64,000 nt of DNA, from positions 9,362,001-9,426,000 of the forward strand of contig OZ024758.1 in NCBI GenBank assembly GCA_964016885.1, in the 5' to 3' direction. How positions within the stretch are numbered: position 1 is the stretch's first letter; each line of letters starts with the position of its first letter. This DNA is from Eledone cirrhosa (taxonomy: Eukaryota). Position numbers and translations under genes: made by a program. The notes beneath the pieces were generated by a model. It had not been told where the DNA came from. It searched no databases and saw nothing but the letters and a program-made list of their open reading frames with translations. This document shows, piece after piece, positions 50,970 through 55,960 of the stretch.

Positions 50970-51485
50970 GATGATGGTGGTGGTGGTGGTGGTGGTGATG
51001 ACGATGATGGTGGTGGTGATGATGGTGGTGGTGGTGACAATGGTGGTGGTGATGATGACAATGGTGGTGGTGGTGGTGGTGATGACGATGATGGTGGTGG
51101 TGATGATGATGGTGGTGGTGGTGGTGGTGGTAGTGGTAATGATGGTGGTGGTGACGATGATGATGATGATGGTGGTGGTGGTGGTGGTAGTGGTGGTAGT
51201 GGTGGTGGTGGTAGTGGTGACGATGATGATGATGGTGATGGTGATGATGATGGTGATGGTGATGATGATGATTATAATGATGATGTTAGAGAGAATGATG
51301 ATGTCGATGACTATAACTTGTTTCTAATTTTCTTCCAGAACACAATCCGAACCCCTGTTTATGTTACATCCCAACGCCGCAACGCCATGGGTGTCGGTCT
51401 GGTATTTGAGGCAGACTTGGCCACAACTGAACATATCAGCCATTGGGTATTACAAGGTGTATGCCTCATATTAAATACTGACTAA
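843..51485 (+). CDS. DNAH10: Axonemal dynein heavy chain 10-like gene, 3' part (34 exons, 2154 aa in window; 5' part lies upstream of the window)
   Basis: Spliced GT-AG exons in consistent phase. Walker A motifs GETGTSKT (AAA3) and GVGGSGKQ (AAA4), coiled-coil stalk, EPPNGLK (AAA6). The C-terminus [15 protein letters not shown]...[14 protein letters not shown] is recognised as DNAH10-type. Confidence 0.92.
1100..2030. repeat. G-rich minisatellite, 48-bp unit with a 42-bp variant
   Basis: Unit gctgtataggctggggaaatgggaagactagatgagggtgttggtgtc repeated in tandem. Confidence 0.95.
2127..2404 (+). CDS. DNAH10: DNAH10 exon 2 (GELPE...VGETGTSKT...EDH), AAA3 P-loop
   Basis: ttgcag|GA ... CAT|gtaagt; ILVPTVDT and GETGTSKT motifs. 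Confidence 0.93.
2419..2603 (-). mobile_element. tRNA-derived SINE family 1 (Deu/Nin-like core), full length with 16-bp TSD
   Basis: Box A TGGCAGTATTGG and box B GAGTTCAAATG on minus; core gcctttcatccttacggggtc; TSD atgtaagtaataaatg. Confidence 0.85.
2917..3306. mobile_element. Tc1/mariner-type MITE (TA TSD)
   Basis: Imperfect TIRs ta|ctcttgagtctcaaataa ... ttatttggaacccgagag|ta. Confidence 0.6.
3875..4165 (+). mobile_element. Non-autonomous RTE-tailed retroposon with (GAT)n tail. Other copies near 7885, 10640, 12570, 15440-15675, 28060, 34215, 37545-38015, 40320-40585, 43080-43535, 50160
   Basis: Shared ggaagggcatccagc.gtagaaa core and aacccatgctagcatggaa...gatgatgat tail, the same tail seen on the RTE fragments. 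Confidence 0.7.
4301..4453 (+). CDS. DNAH10: DNAH10 exon 3 ([11 protein letters not shown]...FIDDMNMPQ)
   Basis: cttcag|TTG ... CAA|gtaagt; NFSSRT and FIDDMNMP (Walker B) motifs. Confidence 0.93.
4505..4790 (-). mobile_element. RTE LINE fragment (RT C-terminal region)
   Basis: Minus translation [24 protein letters not shown]...MLRWM is typical of RTE ORFs. Confidence 0.8.
4852..5177 (+). CDS. DNAH10: DNAH10 exon 4 ([13 protein letters not shown]...LALY)
   Basis: ttacag|GTG ... AA|gtaagt; DTYGTQQP motif. Confidence 0.93.
5338..5545 (+). CDS. DNAH10: DNAH10 exon 5 ([24 protein letters not shown]...LVQ)
   Basis: ttatag|A ... CAA|gtaagt; [14 protein letters not shown] motif. Confidence 0.93.
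5650..5880 (+). mobile_element. tRNA-derived SINE family 2. Other copies at 8770-9040 (-), 13945-14170 (+), 17080-17335 (-), 34850-35130 (-), 50415-50550 (-), 58188-58420 (+)
   Basis: tRNA-like head gcttagtggttagag...gttcaattcc, then gtccttgagcaa.acactttatttcatgttgctcc. Confidence 0.75.
6508..6848. mobile_element. piggyBac-like MITE with an internal 60-bp triplication. Copies at 39082-39290, 42171-42358, 47463-47682
   Basis: CCCTTTAG...TAAAGGG TIRs; TTAA flanks are intact on both sides of the 47463 copy. Confidence 0.75.
6934..7095 (+). CDS. DNAH10: DNAH10 exon 6 (DHIQ...PILFGDY...KALFQE)
   Basis: ttccag|GAT ... GAG|gtaaat. Confidence 0.88.
7140..7728. repeat. Compound (TG)n microsatellite
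   Basis: Direct inspection; source of the spurious C/V- and H/T-rich ORFs. Confidence 0.97.
8262..8447 (-). mobile_element. SINE family 1 copy. Further copies at 19727-19915 (-), 29064-29256 (+), 33329-33518 (+), 44301-44490 (-), 49235-49423 (+), 52671-52858 (-), 56767-56942 (-), 61033-61225 (-)
   Basis: Near-identical ~185-bp units with Pol III boxes and an aaacaattatt tail. Confidence 0.88.
9150..9471 (+). CDS. DNAH10: DNAH10 exon 7 (LLDEYN...GVGGSGKQ...VAEE), AAA4 P-loop
   Basis: ttccag|TTA ... G|gtaagc; [10 protein letters not shown] and GVGGSGKQ motifs. Confidence 0.93.
11079..11167 (+). CDS. DNAH10: DNAH10 exon 8 ([19 protein letters not shown]...ITQ)
   Basis: ctatag|GC ... CAG|gtaaga. 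Confidence 0.92.
11349..11499 (+). CDS. DNAH10: DNAH10 exon 9 (IRDEA...[16 protein letters not shown])
   Basis: tttcag|ATC ... G|gtaaat. Confidence 0.92.
11554..11856. mobile_element. TTAA-flanked MITE (related inverted copy starts near 44810)
   Basis: ttaa|ctcttaacatcctgta ... tacaggatgtgaagag|ttaa. Confidence 0.7.
13157..13245 (+). CDS. DNAH10: DNAH10 exon 10 ([15 protein letters not shown]...SEE)
   Basis: ttaaag|GT ... GAA|gtatgt; IDWFxxWP motif. Confidence 0.9.
13656..13853 (+). CDS. DNAH10: DNAH10 exon 11 (NKLIP...[12 protein letters not shown]...GQ)
   Basis: tctcag|AAT ... CAG|gtaagc; [11 protein letters not shown] motif. Confidence 0.92.
14385..14715 (+). mobile_element. RTE LINE 3' fragment, same family as 46030-47000
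   Basis: Similarity by eye to 46680-47010 (gagagtcactc...gaaagaattgctggaca...ccttgagcaagat). Confidence 0.75.
14769..15002 (+). CDS. DNAH10: DNAH10 exon 12 ([11 protein letters not shown]...AVEK), stalk CC1
   Basis: ttgtag|TGT ... AAG|gtctgt. Confidence 0.9.
15757..15854 (+). CDS. DNAH10: DNAH10 exon 13 ([21 protein letters not shown]...EIR), stalk/MTBD
   Basis: gttcag|GAA ... AG|gtgagg; translated by hand, not in the ORF track. Confidence 0.92.
16311..16492 (+). CDS. DNAH10: DNAH10 exon 14 (SFAKPPKAV...KQVK), microtubule-binding domain
   Basis: ttacag|A ... G|gtaaaa. Confidence 0.92.
17485..17621 (+). CDS. DNAH10: DNAH10 exon 15 (ARLKALD...[14 protein letters not shown]...IKPKREK)
   Basis: ttatag|CC ... 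AAG|gtcagt; translated by hand. Confidence 0.92.
18199..18416 (+). CDS. DNAH10: DNAH10 exon 16 (LARLEKN...[11 protein letters not shown]), stalk CC2
   Basis: ttccag|TTG ... AG|gtaaaa. Confidence 0.92.
18749..18970 (+). CDS. DNAH10: DNAH10 exon 17 (WVKDL...[18 protein letters not shown]...EIS)
   Basis: tgttag|G ... CA|gtaagt. Confidence 0.92.
19225..19483. mobile_element. hAT-type MITE (partial copy at 6286-6507)
   Basis: TIRs cagagacataac...gttacgcctctg; decayed 8-bp TSD ctggtaag/cttgcaag. Confidence 0.65.
20188..20385. mobile_element. Mariner-type MITE
   Basis: About 30-bp TIRs tgagggtcagctgaaaagttcataggctga with TA flanks. Confidence 0.85.
20517..20664 (+). CDS. DNAH10: DNAH10 exon 18 ([16 protein letters not shown]...IDPQQQA...NLK), AAA5
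   Basis: gaccag|T ... AAA|gtaagg. Confidence 0.93.
20883..21476. mobile_element. hAT-Charlie-type MITE containing an RTE 3' fragment (about 21075-21405)
   Basis: tggttcccaaac...gtttgggaaccactg TIRs; internal RTE tail ending gatgatg. Confidence 0.65.
21563..21698 (+). CDS. DNAH10: DNAH10 exon 19 ([20 protein letters not shown]...NIK)
   Basis: tattag|GTG ... G|gttagt; translated by hand. Confidence 0.92.
21822..22411. mobile_element. TGT...ACA element with ~35-bp imperfect TIRs and 4-bp TSD (Ginger/TDD-like non-autonomous element, or LTR-derived)
   Basis: agtc|TGTAG...agctacttgcttggcgtgt ... acacgccaagcaagtagct...CTACA|agtc; it splits a ~37-bp tandem repeat. Confidence 0.65.
22757..22888. 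mobile_element. Palindromic Penelope-like remnant with hammerhead-like core
   Basis: About 65-bp arms centred on cagctg; CTGAGGA-tccgcataaggt-GAAAC at 22823-22846; (TA)n nearby on both sides. Confidence 0.6.
22977..23344. mobile_element. 368-bp near-perfect palindrome, Penelope-like, with a hammerhead-like motif in each arm
   Basis: About 180-bp arms, 5 mismatches by hand; C(T/C)GAAGA-a-GAGA-tatta-TCTC-GAAA-ATTA. Confidence 0.7.
23480..24050. mobile_element. Inverted-repeat Penelope-like remnant with degenerate hammerheads
   Basis: Arms about 23480-23600 and 23928-24050; arm consensus GCAA-CTGACAA-TGCA-tttaa-TGCA-GAAAC-ca-GTA-TTGT. Confidence 0.55.
24698..24739 (+). ncRNA. Minimal type I hammerhead ribozyme-like motif (G8U variant)
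   Basis: GGCT-CTGATTA-ACGC-caacca-GCGT-GAAAC-AGACT-GTC-AGCT; all three stems pair. Confidence 0.6.
25100..25141 (-). ncRNA. Minimal type I hammerhead ribozyme-like motif
   Basis: Minus: ACCA-CTGATGA-t-GTCACA-gatg-TGTGAC-GAAAG-aa-CTT-TGAT. Confidence 0.6.
25530..26055 (-). mobile_element. CR1/L2-type LINE 3' fragment with a ~60-bp internal duplication
   Basis: Minus translation [14 protein letters not shown]...[19 protein letters not shown] matches the conserved C-terminus of these ORF2s. Confidence 0.8.
26380..26745 (+). mobile_element. RTE LINE 5' fragment (APE endonuclease N-terminus)
   Basis: [11 protein letters not shown]...[20 protein letters not shown]. Confidence 0.8.
26920..27225 (+). 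mobile_element. RTE LINE RT fragment, with an in-frame stop
   Basis: [14 protein letters not shown]...QFGY...[24 protein letters not shown]. Confidence 0.88.
27311..27465 (+). CDS. DNAH10: DNAH10 exon 20 ([25 protein letters not shown]...INYTVTLK)
   Basis: tttcag|GA ... AAG|gtatgt; translated by hand. Confidence 0.93.
27530..27920. mobile_element. Mariner MITE copy carrying a 124-bp captured flank and a duplicated right end
   Basis: 27530-27853 is the reverse complement of 20064-20385; 27856-27920 is a second, more diverged MITE end. Confidence 0.85.
28540..28628 (+). CDS. DNAH10: DNAH10 exon 21 ([29 protein letters not shown])
   Basis: ctttag|GGT ... AG|gtgagc; GLEDQLL motif. Confidence 0.92.
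29725..30209. repeat. About 30-bp minisatellite ending in the exon 22 acceptor
   Basis: Unit tgctacatgtgtgttttatattaacagtg and variants. Confidence 0.9.
30210..30339 (+). CDS. DNAH10: DNAH10 exon 22 ([14 protein letters not shown]...KATE)
   Basis: taacag|T ... GAG|gtcagt. Confidence 0.92.
30726..30999 (+). CDS. DNAH10: DNAH10 exon 23 (VIEKL...[13 protein letters not shown]...MYQYSL...YGCT)
   Basis: attcag|GTC ... G|gtaaga. Confidence 0.93.
32443..32546 (+). CDS. DNAH10: DNAH10 exon 24 ([12 protein letters not shown]...EFFLK)
   Basis: cttcag|GA ... AAA|gtaagc; translated by hand. Confidence 0.92.
33934..34089 (+). CDS. DNAH10: DNAH10 exon 25 ([16 protein letters not shown]...VWQD)
   Basis: tttcag|GGA ... 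GAT|gtaagt; translated by hand. Confidence 0.9.
35229..35768 (+). CDS. DNAH10: DNAH10 exon 26 (WFDHDSPE...LSPGSDP...SMGQGQ...LQNCHL...FRLWLT...TFQ), AAA6
   Basis: ttgcag|TGG ... CAG|gtctgt. Confidence 0.94.
35900..36240. repeat. 33-bp minisatellite derived from the SINE family 1 core
   Basis: Unit gactggtactttattatatcaaccccagtacat. Confidence 0.9.
36276..36595. repeat. 40-bp minisatellite (about 8 units)
   Basis: Unit acccatccaacccttcacatacccacactgtgtgttgata; runs into an RTE-type tail. Confidence 0.93.
37084..37389 (+). CDS. DNAH10: DNAH10 exon 27 ([13 protein letters not shown]...QERRKYG...YLIGE)
   Basis: cattag|GTC ... GAG|gtaaga. Confidence 0.94.
38679..38850 (+). CDS. DNAH10: DNAH10 exon 28 ([14 protein letters not shown]...ENYV)
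   Basis: ttccag|GTG ... G|gtaagg; YGGR motif. Confidence 0.93.
39730..39861 (+). CDS. DNAH10: DNAH10 exon 29 (DYIESLP...[12 protein letters not shown]...QPQT)
   Basis: taccag|AT ... A|gtaagt. Confidence 0.93.
40022..40183. mobile_element. Fold-back copy of a (TA)n-embedded Penelope-like family (other copies at 24931-25075 and 51968-52162)
   Basis: Hairpin ataggaaaaagtatgacccc...ggggtcatactttttcctat; the remainder is the reverse complement of 51968-52046. Confidence 0.6.
45075..45255. repeat. 60-bp tandem triplication
   Basis: tatgtattgtatgatataaataaactgtgaaatattagcagcacctctttttt x3. Confidence 0.92.
45307..45518 (+). CDS. DNAH10: DNAH10 exon 30 (SDSGVG...[11 protein letters not shown]...LIR)
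   Basis: ttacag|GT ... CGA|gtaagt. Confidence 0.92.
46030..47010 (+). mobile_element. RTE LINE, 5'-truncated and frameshifted RT
   Basis: [14 protein letters not shown]...[10 protein letters not shown] (decayed YADD)...EKFKYL...LTYGHESW. Confidence 0.88.
47210..47377 (+). CDS. DNAH10: DNAH10 exon 31 ([13 protein letters not shown]...FNSW)
   Basis: ataaag|GCA ... TGG|gtgagc. Confidence 0.92.
47777..48022. repeat. Fold-back palindrome (about 115-bp arms); a related element lies at 48255-48515
   Basis: ttcaaaaagccggtacaatgtagtagaaaa ... ttttctactacattgtaccgactttttgaa. Confidence 0.75.
48633..48813 (+). CDS. DNAH10: DNAH10 exon 32 (VNDGEP...[17 protein letters not shown]...RTHT)
   Basis: atccag|GTA ... 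G|gtaata. Confidence 0.92.
50603..50748 (+). CDS. DNAH10: DNAH10 exon 33 ([15 protein letters not shown]...KLKLQ)
   Basis: ccacag|GT ... CAG|gtaagt; GLYLEGA motif; translated by hand. Confidence 0.93.
50826..51305. repeat. Compound (GGT)n/(GAT)n microsatellite in the last intron
   Basis: Direct inspection. Confidence 0.95.
51339..51485 (+). CDS. DNAH10: DNAH10 last coding exon ([20 protein letters not shown]...LILNTD*)
   Basis: ttccag|AAC ... GAC TAA; canonical dynein C-terminus. Confidence 0.94.
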   Translation, partial: NTIRTPVYVTSQRRNAMGVGLVFEADLATTEHISHWVLQGVCLILNTD

Positions 51486-51576
51486 ATCACACGTCTTAAA
51501 CACACTCATGTGTGTGTGTGCATGGACTGCTTTCACATACACATGCATTCTTTCATCATTACACGTTCATATATAT

Positions 51577-51614
<38 letters not shown>

Positions 51615-51615
51615 T

Positions 51616-51657
<42 letters not shown>

Positions 51658-51754
51658 AAGGTTATATTTAATTTGTTGGAATTCAACAAACTTAAAAGTT
51701 TTATAACTGATATAAAGCACTCAACAGTTAAGTGGAGTAAATATTCATTATATT

Positions 51755-51760
51755 AATAAA
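51755..51760 (+). promoter_or_regulatory. Candidate polyadenylation signal for DNAH10
   Basis: First AATAAA seen after the stop codon (about 270 nt downstream); the AT-rich context lowers specificity. Confidence 0.45.
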
Positions 51761-51929
51761 TGAAAACTATATTTATAAAACCATAATTATTTTATTATAT
51801 ATATTTCAAGGGCAACCAAGGTAAATTTTGGTGCGCTTTCATCAGATAAAATGCAAAATTTGTTTTATAAATGTTGACATAATACCTGCAGAAGAACAAC
51901 CTTGACGGTTGAAGGTTCATTGGATAGTC

Positions 51930-51967
<38 letters not shown>

Positions 51968-51968
<1 letters not shown>

Positions 51969-52162
51969 ACGAAGGAAATGTGGTAAGGAACCAGGTGGAC
52001 CATAACGCACCAAAGTACTCAATACTTGGGGTAGTAGAGTAGGTAATAGGAACCAGTAAGACCCCGACGGCTGAGCTCAAGCCGTTTCGACGGCTAATTC
52101 TGGACTAGAATTAGCCGTCGAAACGGCTTGAGCTCAGCTGTCGGGGTCTTACTGGTTCCTAT
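51968..52162. mobile_element. Penelope-like fold-back element just 3' of DNAH10
   Basis: About 55-bp arms 52046-52162 with nested agccgt-ttcg-acggct hairpins; (TA)n flanks. Confidence 0.65.
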
Positions 52163-55100
52163 ATATATATATATATATATATATATGTGGAAGATGGACG
52201 TTAAACGAGATTGATGATGATATATATATATATAAATATATATGTATATATACATACACACATTCATTTCCCGTTTTACATATATTCACACACGTACTTA
52301 TAGGCACTTAATTACCTACACATATACAGACACATTATCTACATACATGTATACAGACATTCTTACATATACACACATATATCATCATCATCATCATCAT
52401 CATCATTTTACGTCCGCTTTTCCCTGCTTGCAAGGGTGGGACGGGTCTTATTCAGCACAGCATCTCTCCACTCGTCACGGTCCCTCGTCATCTCCACCGT
52501 GAGCTTCAATATATATATATATATGCATACATACTCTCTCATACATGGGCCATGGCTAAAATACCCAGACCATAGGTTTGCTGAAACTTGGTTAAACTAC
52601 AAAAGTGATAGGAAATGTAGAAAATTGAATTAAATCAATGATATCTGATATAGACATTTTATACACACAAATAATTGTTTCTACGTTTGGCACAAGGCCA
52701 GCAATTACTTCAGTGCATTACTGGTACTTTATTTTATCGACCTCGTAAGGATGAAAGGCAAAGTCAACCTCGGCGGGATTTGAACTCAGACCCTAAAGGG
52801 ACGTAACGCCGTGCTGGAAAGCATGGTGTCCGACCCTCTACTGATACTGCCAATCCACACACAATTAATAAAATCTGTTTGATATTATGTACTCTGCAGC
52901 TTATGTTGTAACTCCAGGTCAGTTGTTCTATTATCAAAGGCTTTCTAACCATGTCCATGATGTCTTAATTAAAGGCAGTGTGTATCTAGGACTATATGGT
53001 CAAATGTTTCTTTTTTTTTTTAAGATGGCAGAGTTTAATTTAAGGGAAATTTGGCTACCATTTCTAGCAGGTTGAGAAACTCAATAGAGGCTCCTTCATG
53101 GATTTACCTGCTTGTGGTTTTTTCTCTTTTCTCTTTTTATTTGTAATGTTATGATGACGGTTATGCTGACAAATAAAATTGATTTAAATTTATACATAAC
53201 AAAGAAATAAGTCACCAAATTAACAGATGACCGGAAGTATACCAACTGGATTTACCCCTGAAATATCTCTCGTTAGTTTGGATATAAAATAAACCACGTT
53301 TGAACTCGAAATAAATATCTGAACACCTTACTATTGTTTTAGCAACGTATAGACACACACACACACATATATATATATATATGTAAAAGGTAAACAGCAA
53401 TAACAACACAATCGGTACAGTATATGGAAGGGATATGTTAGGTTAACGCTTGATATAGCAGGAAGAGGGTCTTAACGTTTCGGACGCTAGTCCTTCATAT
53501 ATACATACATACACACACACACAGAATATCTCTTTCTCACTTACTCTCTATCACTCGCTCTCTTTTCCCTGGAAGAAATCGTCTGTTCAGACTTGAAGAA
53601 GCAATGAGCTCCACCAGGTTTAAAAGGTGCCTAATAAAAGCCACATGGCACTACGGCACTCTTACGACTCTATCAGGAGTTACGGGTTAAAGAAAGATGC
53701 AGAGAGAATTAACATGTGTTGAAGTGGGAGTATATATTGAGCGAAATGGTAGGTAAAGAGCAAGAATTACAGTTATTCGCTCCCACAAAGTTATTATCGT
53801 CTGCTTGAACAATAGTTTCTTCCTTGTTTTTTATTAGCAATATATTATTATTATTGTGGTGTGAATATGTTGATGTTTTTTGTATTGGTTATAAATATTT
53901 ATCCTGTTCAGAGCGACCTAGTGCCGACTATTTCGTTATATCGCAACTTTTAAACCGATTAGGAGAACAAATTTAAGGGAGATAATTCATGCAGACATTT
54001 CTTGTATATTTTTCAAGATTAATTTCCCTTAGACTGTTAAAATAGAAGCTCTTATGTTTGCAACAAGAAAAAGATACGCTCTCAAATTTGCGGAGGAAAA
54101 TGACAAGTTCGGGGACCGAAGACACCAGAGGTCACGACGGCGACCGGCACGAAAAGGAAGCTGTTGGTAAGTCATAATATTTAGTTATCTTCCTATCCTT
54201 CACGTTACAGGTGGTACTGCTCTGGTTTGTGACAAACAACAAAGTTGGAGGCAGAGAACGTGACACGGCACGTAGTGTCACACATTAGAGATTGATGTCC
54301 CCCCCCCCCCCCGCACCAGGAAGAGAGTTATCCCGCACCGGGCGTTTACTATCGCCTCAGTCGGAGCCGACAGGTTCCAGCAATGACGGAAAACCGGCTG
54401 CGTCAAGGCTCTTTCTGATGGCGTCGGTGTGACTCCACAACGGCATTTGTTTGACTCACACACGCCGGAAGCCAAGGTGTAGGGCCTTTCACCAAGAAGA
54501 CTCATTTGATAATCAGATTTTTATTAGACTAAAAGTTTATTCTAGTGATTTCCTATTCACCGTAAATATTGTACCATTTCTCAGAGCTTCAGGTAGAGTT
54601 CTAGAATTGAGGAGGGGTGTCTTAAGTACATATACTGTACATCAGTGGCCTATTACTGGGGCACGTGGGGGGTGCAGCTGCAATTCCCCCAAAAATTGTT
54701 GTCAGAAAATTATGAACGTCTGCATCTCCCGAAATGGTAGGAGCAATATGTTTATGCTGTACACGTGTATTATTATTATTATTAACTCATTCATTTTTAT
54801 CACCAATACGAGACTAAGAAATTAAAAAATATGATCATACTAACATATTTAGAGTCAATAGATGCAAATTATTGGAGGGGCAAAAGTCCCAAAATTAAGC
54901 GCTGGGGGGGGGGGGGGGTTCTACACTTAAAAACAGTATTAACGTTGCTTGTATAGATGGGATTACATGCTGCTAATCCTTCGTTCCCCCTCATAGTTGT
55001 CCAATTCTCAACCAGCTCGAATATTTATATCAGACCAACCAGCCTCTAAAAACCCAAATAAGGAGTGCCATGAAAGAAAGTGCCCCCCAAACAGGGAGAA

Positions 55101-55257
55101 ATGAGGCAAGATGGGGAGATATTACATAATGAAAACTATACTCATGTTCACAAGTGTGGGGAATGCGATTCTGATATTCTTTTCTTCTTTTTTTTTTTGG
55201 TACTTAATATGTACTCTATCTATGACAGGCCACAGTTTAACTTCATGTAAGAAAACA

Positions 55258-55960
55258 GTAGAAATAATTGTTTCTACTTTAGGCACAAGGCCAGCAATTA
55301 CCCAGTGCATTACTGGTACTTTATTTTATCGACCCCGTAAGGATGAAAGGCAAAGTCAACCTCGGCGGGATTTGAACTCAGATCGTAAAGGGACGTAACT
55401 ATGCTGGAAAGCATGGCGTAGAAATAATTGTTTCTACGTTAGGCACAAGGCCAGCAATTATCTAGTGCATTACTGGTACTTTATTTTATCGACCCCGTAA
55501 GGATGAAAGGCAAAGTTAACCTTGGCGGGATTTGAACTTAGAAAGGCGTAGAAATAATTGTTTCTACGTTAGGCACAAGGCCAGCAATTACCCAGTGTAT
55601 TACTGGTACTTTATTTTATCGACCCCGTAAGGATGAAAGGCAAAGTTAACCTCGGCGGGATTTGAACTCAGAATGGCAAGGGCTGTAACTCTATGCGTCA
55701 AAGCATGGCATCTGACACTCTACCAATACTGCCAATCCACCGCCTTGGCGTAGAAATAATTGTTTCTACTTTAGGCACAAGGCCAGCAATTACCAGTGCA
55801 TTACTGGTACTTTATTTTATCGACCCCGTAAGGATGAAAGGCAAAGTCAACCTCGGCGGGATTTGAACTCAGATGGTAAAGGGACGTAACTATGCTGGAA
55901 AGCATGGCGTCCGACCCTCTACCGATACTGCCAATCCACCGCCCTTGGCGTAGAAATAAT
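55258..55960 (-). mobile_element. Tandem stack of four SINE family 1 copies
   Basis: Four same-orientation units separated by (ggc)gtagaaataat. Confidence 0.9.

Noticed and set aside
50827-51327. Poly-Val/Met and poly-Pro/Ser ORFs
   Set aside because: Trinucleotide microsatellite inside the last intron.
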